Shown piece by piece: positions 43,434-56,972 of a DNA stretch of 64,000 bases. The notes below the pieces were generated by a model. The model was given only the letters and a program-made list of their open reading frames with translations, did not search any database and had not been told where the DNA came from. The DNA lies in the NCBI RefSeq assembly GCF_009914755.1, contig NC_060935.1, one strand, 5' to 3'. The stretch comes from the human T2T-CHM13v2.0 reference genome, Homo sapiens. The translations under genes and the position numbers were made by a program. How positions within the stretch are numbered: the first letter of the stretch is position 1; each line of letters starts with the position of its first letter.

Positions 43434-44456
43434 GAAAGTCTAGATTAGATATTACTTCCTCTGTGAAACCTACCTGGACACTACCAGTGCAATCAGAGAA
43501 ATTTATTGTTGTATCAGAGCACTTTCCATGTTGTGTTGTATTTTGTGTACAGCATATGGCATGTAGTACAGAATTTAATGGTTAAATGTGTCTCCAGTTA
43601 GACTCCACGTTTCTTGGGAATATAGACTGTATCTTTTCACATCCTCAGAACCTAGCATTTCTCTATGTCGATTTCATTATTGTCAGATCATACTTTGCAT
43701 GCTTTCAATTCTTATAAATTTAAGTTTTCTGATTCAGAATATGGTCTGTGCTGGTGAATGTTCCATCTGTGGTTTAAAAGAATGTGTATTGTGCTGTTTG
43801 GGGGTGTGAGGCTCTATAGCATTTCAGTTGGTTGATGGTGATGTTCACTTCATCTATATCCTTGCTATTTTTCTGTCTACTTCTATTTATTACTGAGGGA
43901 GAAGTTTTGAAGGCTCCAACTGTATTGTGAATTTGTCTATTTTTCCTCAGTTCTATTAGTTTTGGCTTCATGTATTTGCAAACACTGTTTGATGCATATA
44001 CATTCAGAATTATTGTATTTTCTTGATCAAATGCCCCTTATATTATTATGTAATTTTCTTCTTATTCTGGTAATTTTCTTTGCTGTGAAGCCTACTTTGA
44101 ACAATATCAATATATCCATTTCAAGGTTCTTTTCATTAGTGAGTGCGTAGTATATCTTTTTTTGTCCTTTTGCTATTTTTAACTGAATAGATGTACCTAG
44201 TTTTGGAGTACATGTAATAATTTAATACATTCATATAATTTACAGTGATCAAATCAGTATACTTGATATATGTATCACCTTAAATATTTTTCTTTTCTTT
44301 ATGCTAAAACCATTTTATAGTTTACAATACTGTTAGATGACAAATAACTAGAAGACAAGAATTTGTGCAATACCTTATTGCAAACTATAGTTACCCTGCT
44401 GACCCATCAAACACTAGGTCTTATTTATTCTATCAAACCATATATTTGTACTCATT

Positions 44457-46864
44457 TGATATGATTTGGCTGTGTCCCCACCAAAATCTCATCTTGAATG
44501 TATTTCCCATAATCTTCACATGTTATGTAACTGAAGTAATTGAATCAGAGAGGCAGATACCTTCATGCTGTTCTCATGATAGTGAGTTCTCATGAGATCT
44601 GGTGGCTTTATAAGGGGCTTTTCCCCCTTTTACTTGGTACCTCTCACCTGCTGCCATGTGCAGAAGGACGTGTTTGCTTTCCCTTCTGCCATGATTTTAA
44701 GTTTCCTGCGGCCTCCCCAGACATGTGGAACTGTGAGTCAATTCAACCTCTTTCCCCTTATAGATTACCCAGTTTTGGATATGTCTTTATTAGCAGCATG
44801 AGAATGGACTAATATAGTAAATTGGTACCAGGTAGTGGGGTGCTGCTGTAAAGATACCCAAAATTGTGGAAGCAACTTTGGAACTTGGTAACAGGCATAG
44901 GTTGAAACAGTTTGGAGGGCTCAGAGGAAGATAGGAAAATGTGGGAAAGATTGGAATTTCCTAGAGAATTGGCGGGCTCAGAAGACAGGAAGATGTGAAA
45001 AGCTTGGAACTTCCTAGAGACTTGTTAAATGGCTTTGACCAAAATGCTGATAGTGATATGGACAATGAAGTCCAGGCTGAGGTGGTCTCAGATGGAGATT
45101 AGGAACTTGTTGGGTACTGGAGTAAAGGTCACTCTTGCTATGCAAAGAAACTGGCAGTATATTACCCTGCCCTAGAGATCTGTGGAACTTTGAACTTGAG
45201 AGAGTTGATTTAGGGTATCTAGCAGAAGAAATTTCTAAGCAACAAAGTGTTCAAGAAGTGACTTGTTTGCTGTTAAAAGCATTCATTTTTATGTAGTCAC
45301 AAAGATATGGTTTGGAATTATAACTTATGTTTAAAAGGGAAGCAGAGCATTAACATTTGGAAAATTTGCAGCCTGAGGATGCAATACAAAAGAAAAACCC
45401 ATTTTCTAAGGAGAAATTCAAGCTGGCTGCAGAAATTTGCATGAGTAATGAGGAACCAAATTTTAATCACCAGGACAATGGGGAAAATGTCTCCAGGGCA
45501 TGTCAGAGACCCTCACAGCAGCCCCTCCCATCACAGGCCTGGAAGCCTAGGAGGGAACAATGGTTTCTTGAGCTGGGCCCAGGGCCCCCCTGCTCTATGC
45601 CACCTCAGGACATGGTGCCCTGAATCCCAACTGCTTCAGCTCCAGCTGTGGCTAAAGTGGGCCAGTGTACATCTCAGGCCTTTGCTTCAGAGGGTACAAG
45701 CCCCTAGCCTTGGCGGCTTACATGTGGTGTTGGGCATGCAAGTGCACAGAAGTCAAGAATTGAGGTTTGGGAACCTCTGCCTAGATTTGAGAGGATGTAT
45801 GGAAATGCCTGGATGTCCAGGCACAAGTTTGCTGTAGGGGTGGAGCCCTCATGGAGAACCTCTGCTAGGGTAGTGTGGAAGGCAAATATGGGAAGCTAAA
45901 AGGGTGAACGGTCCAGTGGGGCTCCCCACACAGAGCCCCCACTGGAGCACAGCCTGGTGGAGCTGTGAGAAGACAGCCACCATCCTCCAGACCCCAGAAT
46001 GGTAGCTCCACCAACAGTGCACCTGGAAAAGCTATAGACACTCAATGCCAGCCATGAAAGCAGCCAGGAGAGGGGCTGTACTCTGGAAAGCCACTGGGAC
46101 AGAGCTGCCAAATCTGTGGGAGTCCACCTCTTGCATCAGCATGAACTGGATGTGAGACATAGAGTCAAAGGAGATCATTTTGGAACTTTAAGGTTTAATG
46201 ACTGCCCTATTGGACTTCAGACTTGCATGGGGCCTGTAGCTCCTTTCTTTTGGTCAGTTTCTCCAATTTGGAATGGGTGTGTTTACTTAATGGTCCCATT
46301 GTATCTAGGAAGTAACTAACTTGCTTTTGATTTTACAGGCTCATAGGTGGAAGGGACTTGTCTCAGATGAGACTTTGGACTTGGACTTTTGAGTTAATGC
46401 TGGAATGAGTTAAGACTTTGGGGACTGTTGGAAGGGCACGATTGTGTTTTCAAATGTGAAATCATGACATTTAGGAGGGGCCAGGGGCAGAATGATATAG
46501 TTTGGCTGTGTCCCCACCCAAATCTCATCTTGAATTGTAGTTCTCATAATCCCCATGGGTCATGGGAGGGACCCAGTGGGAGGTAATTGAATCATGGAGA
46601 CAATTACCCTCATGCTCTTCTTATGATAGTGAGTTCTCATGATATCTGATGGTTTTATAATGAACTTTTATTCCTTTTGCTCAGTTCCTCTCTGTCCTGC
46701 CGCCATGTGAAGAAAGATGTGTTTGCTTCCCCTTCCACCGTGATTGTAATTTTCCTGCAGCCTCCCCAGCCAAGCTGAACTGTGAGTCAATTAAACCTCT
46801 TTCTTTTATAAATTACCCAGTCTCAGGTATGTCTTTGTTAGCAGCATGAGAATGGACTAATACA
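44457..46864 (+). mobile_element. Complete THE1 (C/D-like) MaLR provirus: LTR 44457-44816, internal 44817-46492, LTR 46493-46864
   Basis: Both LTRs TGATAT(G/A)..GGCTGTGTCCCCACC...GGACTAATA(T/C)A; THE1-int sequence; 5-bp TSD tcatt/ccatt. Confidence 0.95.
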
Positions 46865-48940
46865 CCATTCATCAACTTCTCTTCATTCCTCCCTCCCCCT
46901 TACCTTTCCTTGCCTCTATAACCACCAATTTATTCTCTATTTTCATGAGATTCACTCTTAGCTTCCACATATGACTGAGATCATGCAATGTTTCTTTTTT
47001 ATGGCTGAATAATACTTCTTGGTGTATATGTACAACATTTTCTTTATCCTTTTGTCCATTGATGGCACTTAGGTTGATTCTGTATTTTAGCTATTTAGAG
47101 TAGTGCTGCAGTAACCATGGGAGTGCAGATGTCTTTCCCATATATTGGTTTCTTTTCTTTTGGCTATATATACAGTAGTGGAATTACTGGATCATATGAC
47201 AATTCTATTTTTCATTTTTTGAGGAACCTTCATACTGTTCTCCATAATGACTGTACTAATTTACATTTCCACTAACAATGTGCAAGAGTTCCTCTTTCCC
47301 CACTTCCTTGCCAGCATTCATTATTGCCTTTTTGATAAATGCCATTTTAACTGGGATAAGTTGATATTTCATTGTAGTTTTGATATGCATTTCTCTGATG
47401 ATTAGTGATGTTGAGCATCTTTTTATATACTTGTTTGCCATTTGTATGTCTTCTTTTGGGAAATGTCTATTCATATCTTTTGCCCGTTTTAAAATCACTT
47501 TATTAGATTTTTTTCCTATTGAGTTGTTTGAGCTCCTTACATAATCTGATTGTTAATCCTTTGTTGGATAGATAGTCTGCAAATATTTTCTCCCATTCTG
47601 TGGGTTGTCTCTTCACTTGTTGATTGTTTCCTTTGCTGTGCAGGAGTTTTTGGCTTGATGTAATCTTATTTGTCTATTCTTACTTTGGTTATCTGTGCTT
47701 TTGAGGTCTTACAAAAAATCTTTGCCTAGACCAATGTCCTGGAGTATTTTTCCAATGTTTTCTTCTAATAGTTTCATAGTCTGAGGTTTTAGATTTAAAT
47801 CTTTAATCCATTTTGATCAGATTTTTGTATATGGTGAGAGGTAGGGGTCTAGCTTTCTTCTTCTTCATATAGCTATCCAGTTTTTCTAGTATCATTTATG
47901 TTAGAGACTGTCCTTTCCCCATTGTATGTTCTTGGTAGCTTTGTCCAAGATGAATTGACTGTAAGTGCATAGATTTATATCTGGGTTGTCTATTCTGTTC
48001 CATTTGTCTATGTGTCTGTTTTTATGCCAGTACCATGCTGATTTGGTTACTACAGCTTTGCAATAAATTTTGAAGTCAGGTAATGTGGTGCATCCAGCTT
48101 TGTTCTTTTTTGGGATTGCTTCAAGTATTCTGGGCCTTTTGTGGTTCCATATAAATTTTAGGATTATTTTTTCCATTTCTGTGAATAATGTCATTGGTGT
48201 TTTGATAGGGGTTGCATTGAATCTGTAAATTGCCTTGGGTAGTAGTGACATTTTAACCATATTAATTATTTTAATCCATGAGCATGGAATATTTTTCCAT
48301 GTTTTCATGTGTTTACAATTTATTCCATGAATGTTTTATAGCTTTTCTTGTATTTATCGTTCACTTTTTTGGTTAAATTGATACCAAGGTATTTTAATTA
48401 TTTGTAGCTATTGTAAATAAGATTGCTTACTTTATTGTTTTTCAGATTGTTTGCTTTTGGAATATATAAGTGCTACTGATTTTTTAATGTTGATTTTATG
48501 TCCTATAACTTTACTGAATTCATTTATCAGTTCTAGCAGTTTCAGTGTGGGTTCTTTAGGTATTTGTAAACATAGGATTATATCTTCTGTGAACAAGGCT
48601 AATTTGACTTTTTCCTTTTCAACTTACATGCCCTTCATTCCTTTCTCTTTCCAATTACTCTGGCCAGGACTTCCAGTGCTATATTGAATAAAAGTTGTGA
48701 AAGTGAGTATCCTTGTCTTCTTTCTGATCTTAGGGGAAAAGCCTTTTATTTTTCCCTATTCAGTATGATGTTAGCTGTGGGTTTGACATATATGGTCTTT
48801 ATTATTTTGAGTTATGTTCCTTCTATATCAAGTTTGATGAGAATTTTTATAAAGGATGTTGAATTTTACCAAATACATTTTTTGCATCTATTGAAATAAT
48901 TATTTAGTTTTTGTTCTTGGTTCTATTAATATGATGTATT

Positions 48941-49119
48941 TTTTTAATTTATTTATTATTATTATACTTTAAGTTTTAGGGTACATGTGCACAATGAGCA
49001 GGTTAGTTACATATGTATACATGTGCCATGCTGGTGCGCTGCACCCACTAACTGGTCATCTAGCATTAGGTATATCTCCCAATGCTATCCCTCCCCACTC
49101 CCCCCACCCCGCAACAGTC
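48941..49119 (-). mobile_element. ~180-bp L1PA2-type 3' end
   Basis: Young-L1 diagnostics (ggttagttac, ctggtgcgctgcacccactaac) without Ta ACA/G; TSD taatatgatgt(a/g)tt at 48927-48940 and 49120-49133. Confidence 0.9.
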
Positions 49120-50662
49120 TAATATGATGTGTTACATTTATTGATTTCTATATGTTGAACCATCCTTGAATCCCTGGGATAAATTTCACTTGATCATGGT
49201 ATATGATTTTTTTATTGTGATATTGAATTCTGTTCGCTAGTATTTTGTTGAGGATTTTTGCCTATGTTAATCAGTGATATTGGTCAGTATTTTTCTTTTT
49301 TCATTGTCCTTGTTTTGGTATCAGGGTGATGCTGGACTCACAGGTTGACTTTAGATGTATACCCTCTTCAATTTGTTTGAAGAGTCAGAATAGTATTGGT
49401 ATTAGTTCTTTAAATGTTTGGTAGAATGTAGCAGTGAAGCCATCAGGTCCTGGGCTTTTCTTTGGTGGGAGACTTTTTACCACAGCTTCAATCTCATTGC
49501 TCATTATTGGTTTAGTAAAGTTTTTTATTCCTGGTTCAATCTTGATAGGTTATATGTATCTGAGAATTCATTCATTTCTTCTAGCTTTTCCAACTTGTTG
49601 GTATATGATTATTCATAATAGTTTCTAATGATTCATTATATTTATGAGATCTCAGTTGTTTTGTCTCCTTTTTCATTTCTGATGTTACTTATTTGGGTCT
49701 TTTGTTTTTCTTAGTCTAGCTTTTAGTTTGTTTTTTAGTTTGTTGATTTAGTTTGTTGATTTTAGTTTGTTGATTTGGGTCTCTTGCTTTTCTTAGTCTA
49801 GCTTTTAGTTTGTTGATTTTGTTTATCTTTTAAAAAACAATTTTTCATTTTATTGATCTTCTGTACTTTTTTAGTCTCAATTTATTTTTGCTTTGATCAT
49901 TCTTATTTCTTTCCTTTACTCATTTTGGATTTGGTTTATTCTTACTTTTCGATTTCCTTGAGGTGCACCATTAGGTTATCTGAAATCTTTCTACGTTTTT
50001 GATATAGGTATGTATTGCTATAAACGTTCCTCTTAGTACTGCTTATGCTGTATTCCATAGATTTTACTATGTTGTATTTCCATATTAATTTATTTTAAGA
50101 AATTTTAAAATTTCCTTCATAATTTTTTTATTGACTTAATATGTTCAAGAGCATGTTGTTGAATTTCCATGTGTTTATGAAGCTTCTGAGATTCGCTTGG
50201 TTATTGATTTCTAGTTTTATTTCATTGTGGTCACAAGTGATACTTGAGGTGATTTCTACTTCTCTGAACTCTTTGAGACTTGTTTTGTAGTCTAAGATAT
50301 GGTCTAATCTGGAGAATGTTCATGTTCTAATGAAAGGAATTTGTATTCTGCAACAGTTGGGTGAAATGTTCTATAAATGTCAGTTAGACCTACTAGGTCT
50401 AGTGTGTAGTTTAACTCTGATTTTTTTTTTTTTGTTTGGATGATCTGTGCATACTGAGAGTGGAGTGTTAATGTTCCTTACAAGTACTGTACTGCAGTCA
50501 ATCTCTCCCTTCTAATCTATCAATGTTTGGTTTATATGCTTGGGATCTCTGGTGTTGGGTACATAGATATTTATAATTTTTATTTCCATTTGTTGACTTG
50601 GCCCCTTTATCATTATATAATTACTTTCTTTGTCTCTTTTTACAGTCTTTGATTTGTAGTCT

Positions 50663-50957
50663 GTTTTTTTTTTCAAGGTGGAATCTCGCTCTGTCGCCCA
50701 GGCTGGAGTGCAGTGGTGCAGTCTCAGCTCACTGAAACCCCCACCTTCTGGGTTCAAGCAATTCTCTGCCTCAGCCTCTCGAGTAGCTGGGATTACAGGT
50801 GCCCGCCACCACACCCAGCTAATTTTTTTTTGTATTTTTAGTAGAGACGAGGTTTCACCATCTTGGCCATGCTGGTTTTCAACTCCTGACCTTGTGATCC
50901 ACCTGTCTCAGCCTCCCAAAGTGCTAGGATTACAGGCGTGAGCCATGGGGCCTGGCC
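50663..50957 (-). mobile_element. AluS (Sg/Sc-like)
   Basis: TSD gatttgtagtct at 50651-50662 and 50958-50969. Confidence 0.93.
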
Positions 50958-51110
50958 GATTTGTAGTCTATTTGATCTGAAATAAGTACAGCTACTCCTG
51001 TTCTTTTTTGGTTTCTAGCTGCATGGAATATCTTTTTCAACCCCTTTACTTTCAGTCTATAAGTGAAATGGGTTTCTTATTGGCAGTATATAGTTGCTTC
51101 TTGATTCTTT

Positions 51111-51419
<309 letters not shown>

Positions 51420-51592
51420 TTATCTATTCAGCCACTGTATGCCTTTTAATTGAGTCAATTTACATTCAGTGTTCTTATTGATAAATAAGGACTTACTACT
51501 GCCAATTTGTTGTTTGTTTTCTGGTTGTTTTGTAACTCCTTTCTTTCTTTCTTATTGCCTTTCTTTGTGATTAAGGGATTTTTCTCTGGTAG

Positions 51593-51924
<332 letters not shown>

Positions 51925-52682
51925 TGCTTTTTATTTTTAGTGAATCTATTATCAGTTTTTGTATTGTGGTTACCATGAGGCTTATGAAAAACATCTTATA
52001 GATATAACAAGTTATTTTAAAGAGATGGCAACTTATCTTTGATCATAAATAAATGAATAGAAACAAAGGAAAAACAACAAAAAGCTCCTTACATTTTAAC
52101 TTTATCTCTGCTACATTTTAACTTTTAGTTGTCTTAATTTACATATTATTATATTACCTATCTCTTAACAAGTTGCTATAGCTATTACTGTTTTTGATAG
52201 ATTTGTCTTTTGGGTTTCATACTAGAGTTATGGGTATACTCTATACCATAATTACAGTATTATTTTGGGTTTTTCTGTGTAGTTTTACCAGTGGATTTTA
52301 TATCTTCAAATGTTTGTTGTTTTCATTGATGGTGGCTTTTTTTTATTGCATATTACTGTTTCTTTTTTTCTTTCAGATTTGAATAACTCCCTTTATCATT
52401 TCTTGTAAGACAGGTCTGGTAGTGGTAAATTTGCTCAGCCTTTGTCTAGGAAAGACTTTATTTCTCCTTCATATTAGAAAGATAACTTTGCTGGCTGCTA
52501 TATTCTTGGATGGCAGTAGATTTTTGTTTTCTTTCAGCACTTTGAAAATATCCTTCTGCTTCCTCTGGGCCTGTATGGTTTCCATTGAATGAAGTCTGTT
52601 AACAGATAAATTGGAGTGTCTTTGTTCATTATTAGCTTCTTTTCTCTCTCTTTGTTCTTTGTCCTTGACCTTTGCGAGATAG

Positions 52683-52999
52683 TTTTTTTGTGTTTGTTTT
52701 TTTTTTTTTTTTTGACCAGGTTTTGCTCTGTCACGCAGGCTGTAGTGCAGTGGCATGATCGTGGCTCACTGTGACTTCAACCTCCTGGGCTCAAGCAATC
52801 CTCCTGCCTCAGCCTTCTGAGTAACTGGGACTACAGGTGTATACCACCATGGCCAGCTATTTTTATTTTTTTAATTTTTTGTAGAGCTTGGGTCTCACTA
52901 TGTTGCCCAGGCTGGTCTTGATTTCCTGGCCTCAAGAAATCCTCCCATCTTGGCCTTCCAAGGTGCTGGGATTACAGGCGTCAGCCACTACAGCTGACT
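52683..52999 (-). mobile_element. AluJ
   Basis: ctcctgggctcaagcaatcctcc; gggtctcactatgttgcccagg. Confidence 0.9.
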
Positions 53000-54342
53000 C
53001 TGGGGTAGTCTTACTTGGGTCAAATCTGCTTGGGATTCTCTGACCTTTCTCTACCTGGATAAATTTATATCTTTCTCATGTTGTAGGGCGTTTTCTATTG
53101 TTTCTTCTTTGAATAAACTTTCTTCCCCTTGTTGGTCATCTCTCTCTCTCTCGAGCATTAATAATTCTTAGATTTGATCTTTTGAGGTAATTTTCTATCT
53201 TATAGGTGATCTTCAATGCCTTTTTTCTTCATTTTTCTCCTCTGTGTATTTTGAAATAGCCTGTCTTCAAGCTCACTGATGTCTTTCCTCTGTTTCATCC
53301 ATTCTATTGTCGATAGCCTCTAATGAATTTTTCAGTTAAGAAAATGTATTTCTCAGTTCCAAGATTTGTGTTTGATTTCTTAAAATTATTATTTCAACCT
53401 CTTTGTTAAGTTTCTTCAATAAATTTGTGAATTGCTTTTCTGTGGTAGCTTGGAGATCACTGAGTTTCTTTAAAACTACTATCTCGAATTCTTGGCCGGA
53501 GAGCTCAAATATTGCTGTCTCATTAGGGTCAATTCCTGGTTTCCTGATTTGTCTATTTGGGGAGATCATAGTTTGGTTCCCTGTTTGCTGTTATTTCTTG
53601 TAGATGTCTATGTCTTTGCATTGAAGGATTATTTATTCCAGTCTTCTCTGTCTGGTTTGTTTTGGTTTGTATTGGATATATTTGTATAGAGTTTCTTTAC
53701 TGCTAGGTTGCTGCCTCCTTTTTGGCTCTAGGTGGTGCCTTAAGCCAACAGGGGTGATCCTAAAAGGGATGTGTGGTATGGGAAGGTTGGTTAGGGGTTC
53801 ATGCCCAAGGGACCTATTAGAAGAACCCCGTACAGCATGGTGATACTGAACAGTCACTCTGATTTGGTGTCTTCTTTGGCCAAGTTACAGAGCAGTTTCC
53901 AGGACTGGGGATGGTAGTTCCACCTCCCTGCTTTGTTTCTGCCTGTCTTCAGGGTTATACCTCCCTTCATACATTCGCAATGCTTCACATGGGTTAAGGC
54001 AGGGACAGGTCTCCTGCCAGGGAACCCACAATGGTGGGGAAACTAGGTTTCACCATGAGCTCACTTTTTCCAGTGTAGAAATAGTGAATTTGGGGGAAAT
54101 TTTCCACATGCTTAGTGCTGGGCAGAATTGGGGAGAGGTATCATGGATGTGGATATCTAATTCTCTTACAGTCTTCTGAGAGTTTTTTCACCTCTCTTTT
54201 GCTCTGTGAAGTGTCTCATTTTCATATTTAAATTCTGGGATATTTCTGATGGAAAGTTTGGTGTGGTGTATTTGTTTTTTTGTTTTCAGAGATTGCAGAG
54301 AGTGAAGCTAGTTTGCTTCTATGCTTCCATTTTGGAACCACC

Positions 54343-56480
54343 GTCTTTTTGCTTTTAACATACATATGTCATTATATTTGAACTGAGTTTCTTGTAAAAA
54401 AACATATATTTTGGTCTTTTATTTTTTGGTTTTGGTTTTATTCTGAAATTTTCTGTATTGGTGTTTTTAGAGAATTTATACTTATATTTGAGTTTCCATC
54501 AATCATTTTGTTATTTGATTTGATTGTTAACTATTTTTTATTCCATTTCTCTTTTCTGCCTTCTTTTTACTCATTCGAACCTTCTCAGCATTCCAGTTTT
54601 GTTAACCTAGCATGTTTTTGATTATGTCCCTTAATCTAACATTGTAAATGGATGCTCTAGGAATTAAAATGAAATCACTTAACTTTGACAGTTTACTTAG
54701 AATCAATATCTTACCACTTCAAGTGAGATGTAGAAACCTTACCAGTATATAGGTCCTTTACCATCTCTCCTTAATTTGTAGTTGCCTTGTGTACTATATA
54801 TCCATACATTAAAAATCCCATCAGAAAAATGTAACAATTTTGTTTTCAACCATCAAATGTATTTTAAAGAGCTTGAGGATAAAGAACTTGAGGAGATTTA
54901 ACCAGATATTTACCATTTCTGTTCTTCTTTCATTCCCTACATTCAAGGTTTCCTGCTCACATCATTTCCCTTCTCTCTGAAGAACTTCCTTCAGCAATTC
55001 TTTTAGACCACATCTGCTTGTGTGAATTCTCTTATTTTATTTTTTTCCTGCAGAGAATGTCTTTATTTCATTTGTCTTTATTTCTGAAGATGTTTTCACT
55101 AAATATAAAATTCTAGGTTGTTGGTTCTTTTCTTTCAACACTTTAAACCTGTTCTATTTCCTTCAGGCCTCCATGGCTTCTGATGAGAAATTCACAATTA
55201 TTTGAATCATAGCTAGTGCATTGTTTATCTCTTCTTGCTTTCAATTTTTTTTTCTTGTCTTTAGTCTTCAGCAGTTTGATTATGTCTCTTGATTTTGATT
55301 TCTATGGGTGGGTTTATTCTATTTAGTGTTCTCTGATACTTTTAAATATGTAAGTTTATATTTTTCACTAAATTTCGAGGGTTTCAGGCATTATTTACTC
55401 TAATTTTTTTTCTGCTTCATACTCTTTATTCTCTTCTTTAGATATTCCATTGACATAAATATTAGACCTTTTGTTATTTTCTCACAAGTCTCCAGGCTCT
55501 ATTAATTTATTTAAATTTTTTGTTGTTGTTCAATTTGGATAATTTATTTTGATCTATTTTCAAATTCAATGATATCTTGTGTCATCTTTATTTTACTTTT
55601 GAGTTCATTCAAATTTATATATACATTCAAAATGAGTTATTGTATGCTGTAGTTCTAAAATTTTAATCTGGATCTTATATTTCTTTGCTGATAGTTTATA
55701 CCATCTGTTCATTTCAAAAGTGTGTGGCTTTACTTCTTTTAACATTTTTATAATACCTGCTTTGAAGTCTTTGATAATTCCAACATCTGTACTATCTTGG
55801 TTTTGGCATATGTTAATTATATTTTCCTATGGAAATTGATATTTTCCTATATTTTTGAACATGGAGTAAATATGAATTATATCCTAAACATTTTGAATAT
55901 TATGATATAAATCATATATATCATATTACGTATAAATCTTGATATTTTTAGTTTAGTAGATAATCCACCTGGTTCATTTTAGACACAAGTCATGACTGAC
56001 CTATTTTCTGTTGTCATGTCTGGTTCTTGTCAGTTCCACATATAAAGTTTTTGCAGTGTTGTTTAGATCTGTCCTATAGGAGGCCAGTCTGAGATTAGGG
56101 AGGTGGCCAATCCATAGGTCTCTTCTTGTAGCCTTTGATATGTTGTTTAGTGTCTGATTCATAAATATAAGCTTAGGGGTAAGCTCCAGAGTTCATAAAC
56201 AACTCTACGGGGTCTTTTTCATGAGTTATTCTCTCTCTGTGATCTCCTTGGTATAGTAGTTTTCAGGTCCCGACCTTCCTTGTTCTGGTCCTCTGGCCAA
56301 AGACTTGAGACTTTAATTACCTGGTCTGCTGCACATGCACACTTTAGCTGACCATGCCCATGTCTGGAGCTTAGCACCAGGAAGACAAATAATTAAACTA
56401 ACAAACAAAACCTCCAAACTGAAAAGTAGATGTTTATTCTGCCATTTTTGGAACACAGCTATCTGATCAGAGAGGATGTT
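54343..56480 (-). mobile_element. Old L1M host (continuation of 43720-44177 fragment)
   Basis: Antisense L1 inter-ORF/ORF1-like T-rich sequence; the left part encodes EN-like residues (ORF 43774..43971). Confidence 0.6.
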
Positions 56481-56487
56481 TCCCCTT

Positions 56488-56972
56488 TGCTAATGGTCTG
56501 AATGTTTGTATACCCCCAATATTCATGTGTTGAAACCGAATTACCAAAAAAAGAGAAAAAGAAACCTAATTACCAATGTGATGATATTAGAAAGTGAGGC
56601 CTTTGGGAAGTAATTAGGTCATGGAGGCAGAGCCCTCAAGAATGGGATTAGTGCCTTTATGAAAGAGGCCCCAGAGATCTGCATTGTCCTTTCACCATTT
56701 GAGAAGGTACCATCAGGATCAGGAAATGGGCTCTTACCAGGCACTGAGTCGGCCGGTGCCTTGATCTTGGACTTTCTAGCTTCCATAACTGTCAGAAAAA
56801 TATTTCTGTTGTTTATAAGCTCCCAGTCTAAGGTATTTTGTTGTAGCAACCTGAACAGACTAAGACAGAAAATTGGTCTGAAGAAATGGATTGCTGCTAT
56901 ATTAATTACCTAGAAATATGGATGTGGCTTTGGAACTGGGTAACAGAAGCCAGAAGAGTTTTGGGGTACATG
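56488..56972 (+). mobile_element. MLT1A-type 5' LTR (56488-56867) plus start of internal sequence
   Basis: tgctaatggtctgaatgtttgt...gaacagactaagaca|gaaaattggt...ggctttggaactgggtaa. Confidence 0.82.

Noticed and set aside
44912-45025. ~55-bp tandem duplication in THE1 internal region
   Set aside because: Recalled as a feature of some THE1-int consensus sequences, so probably not locus-specific.
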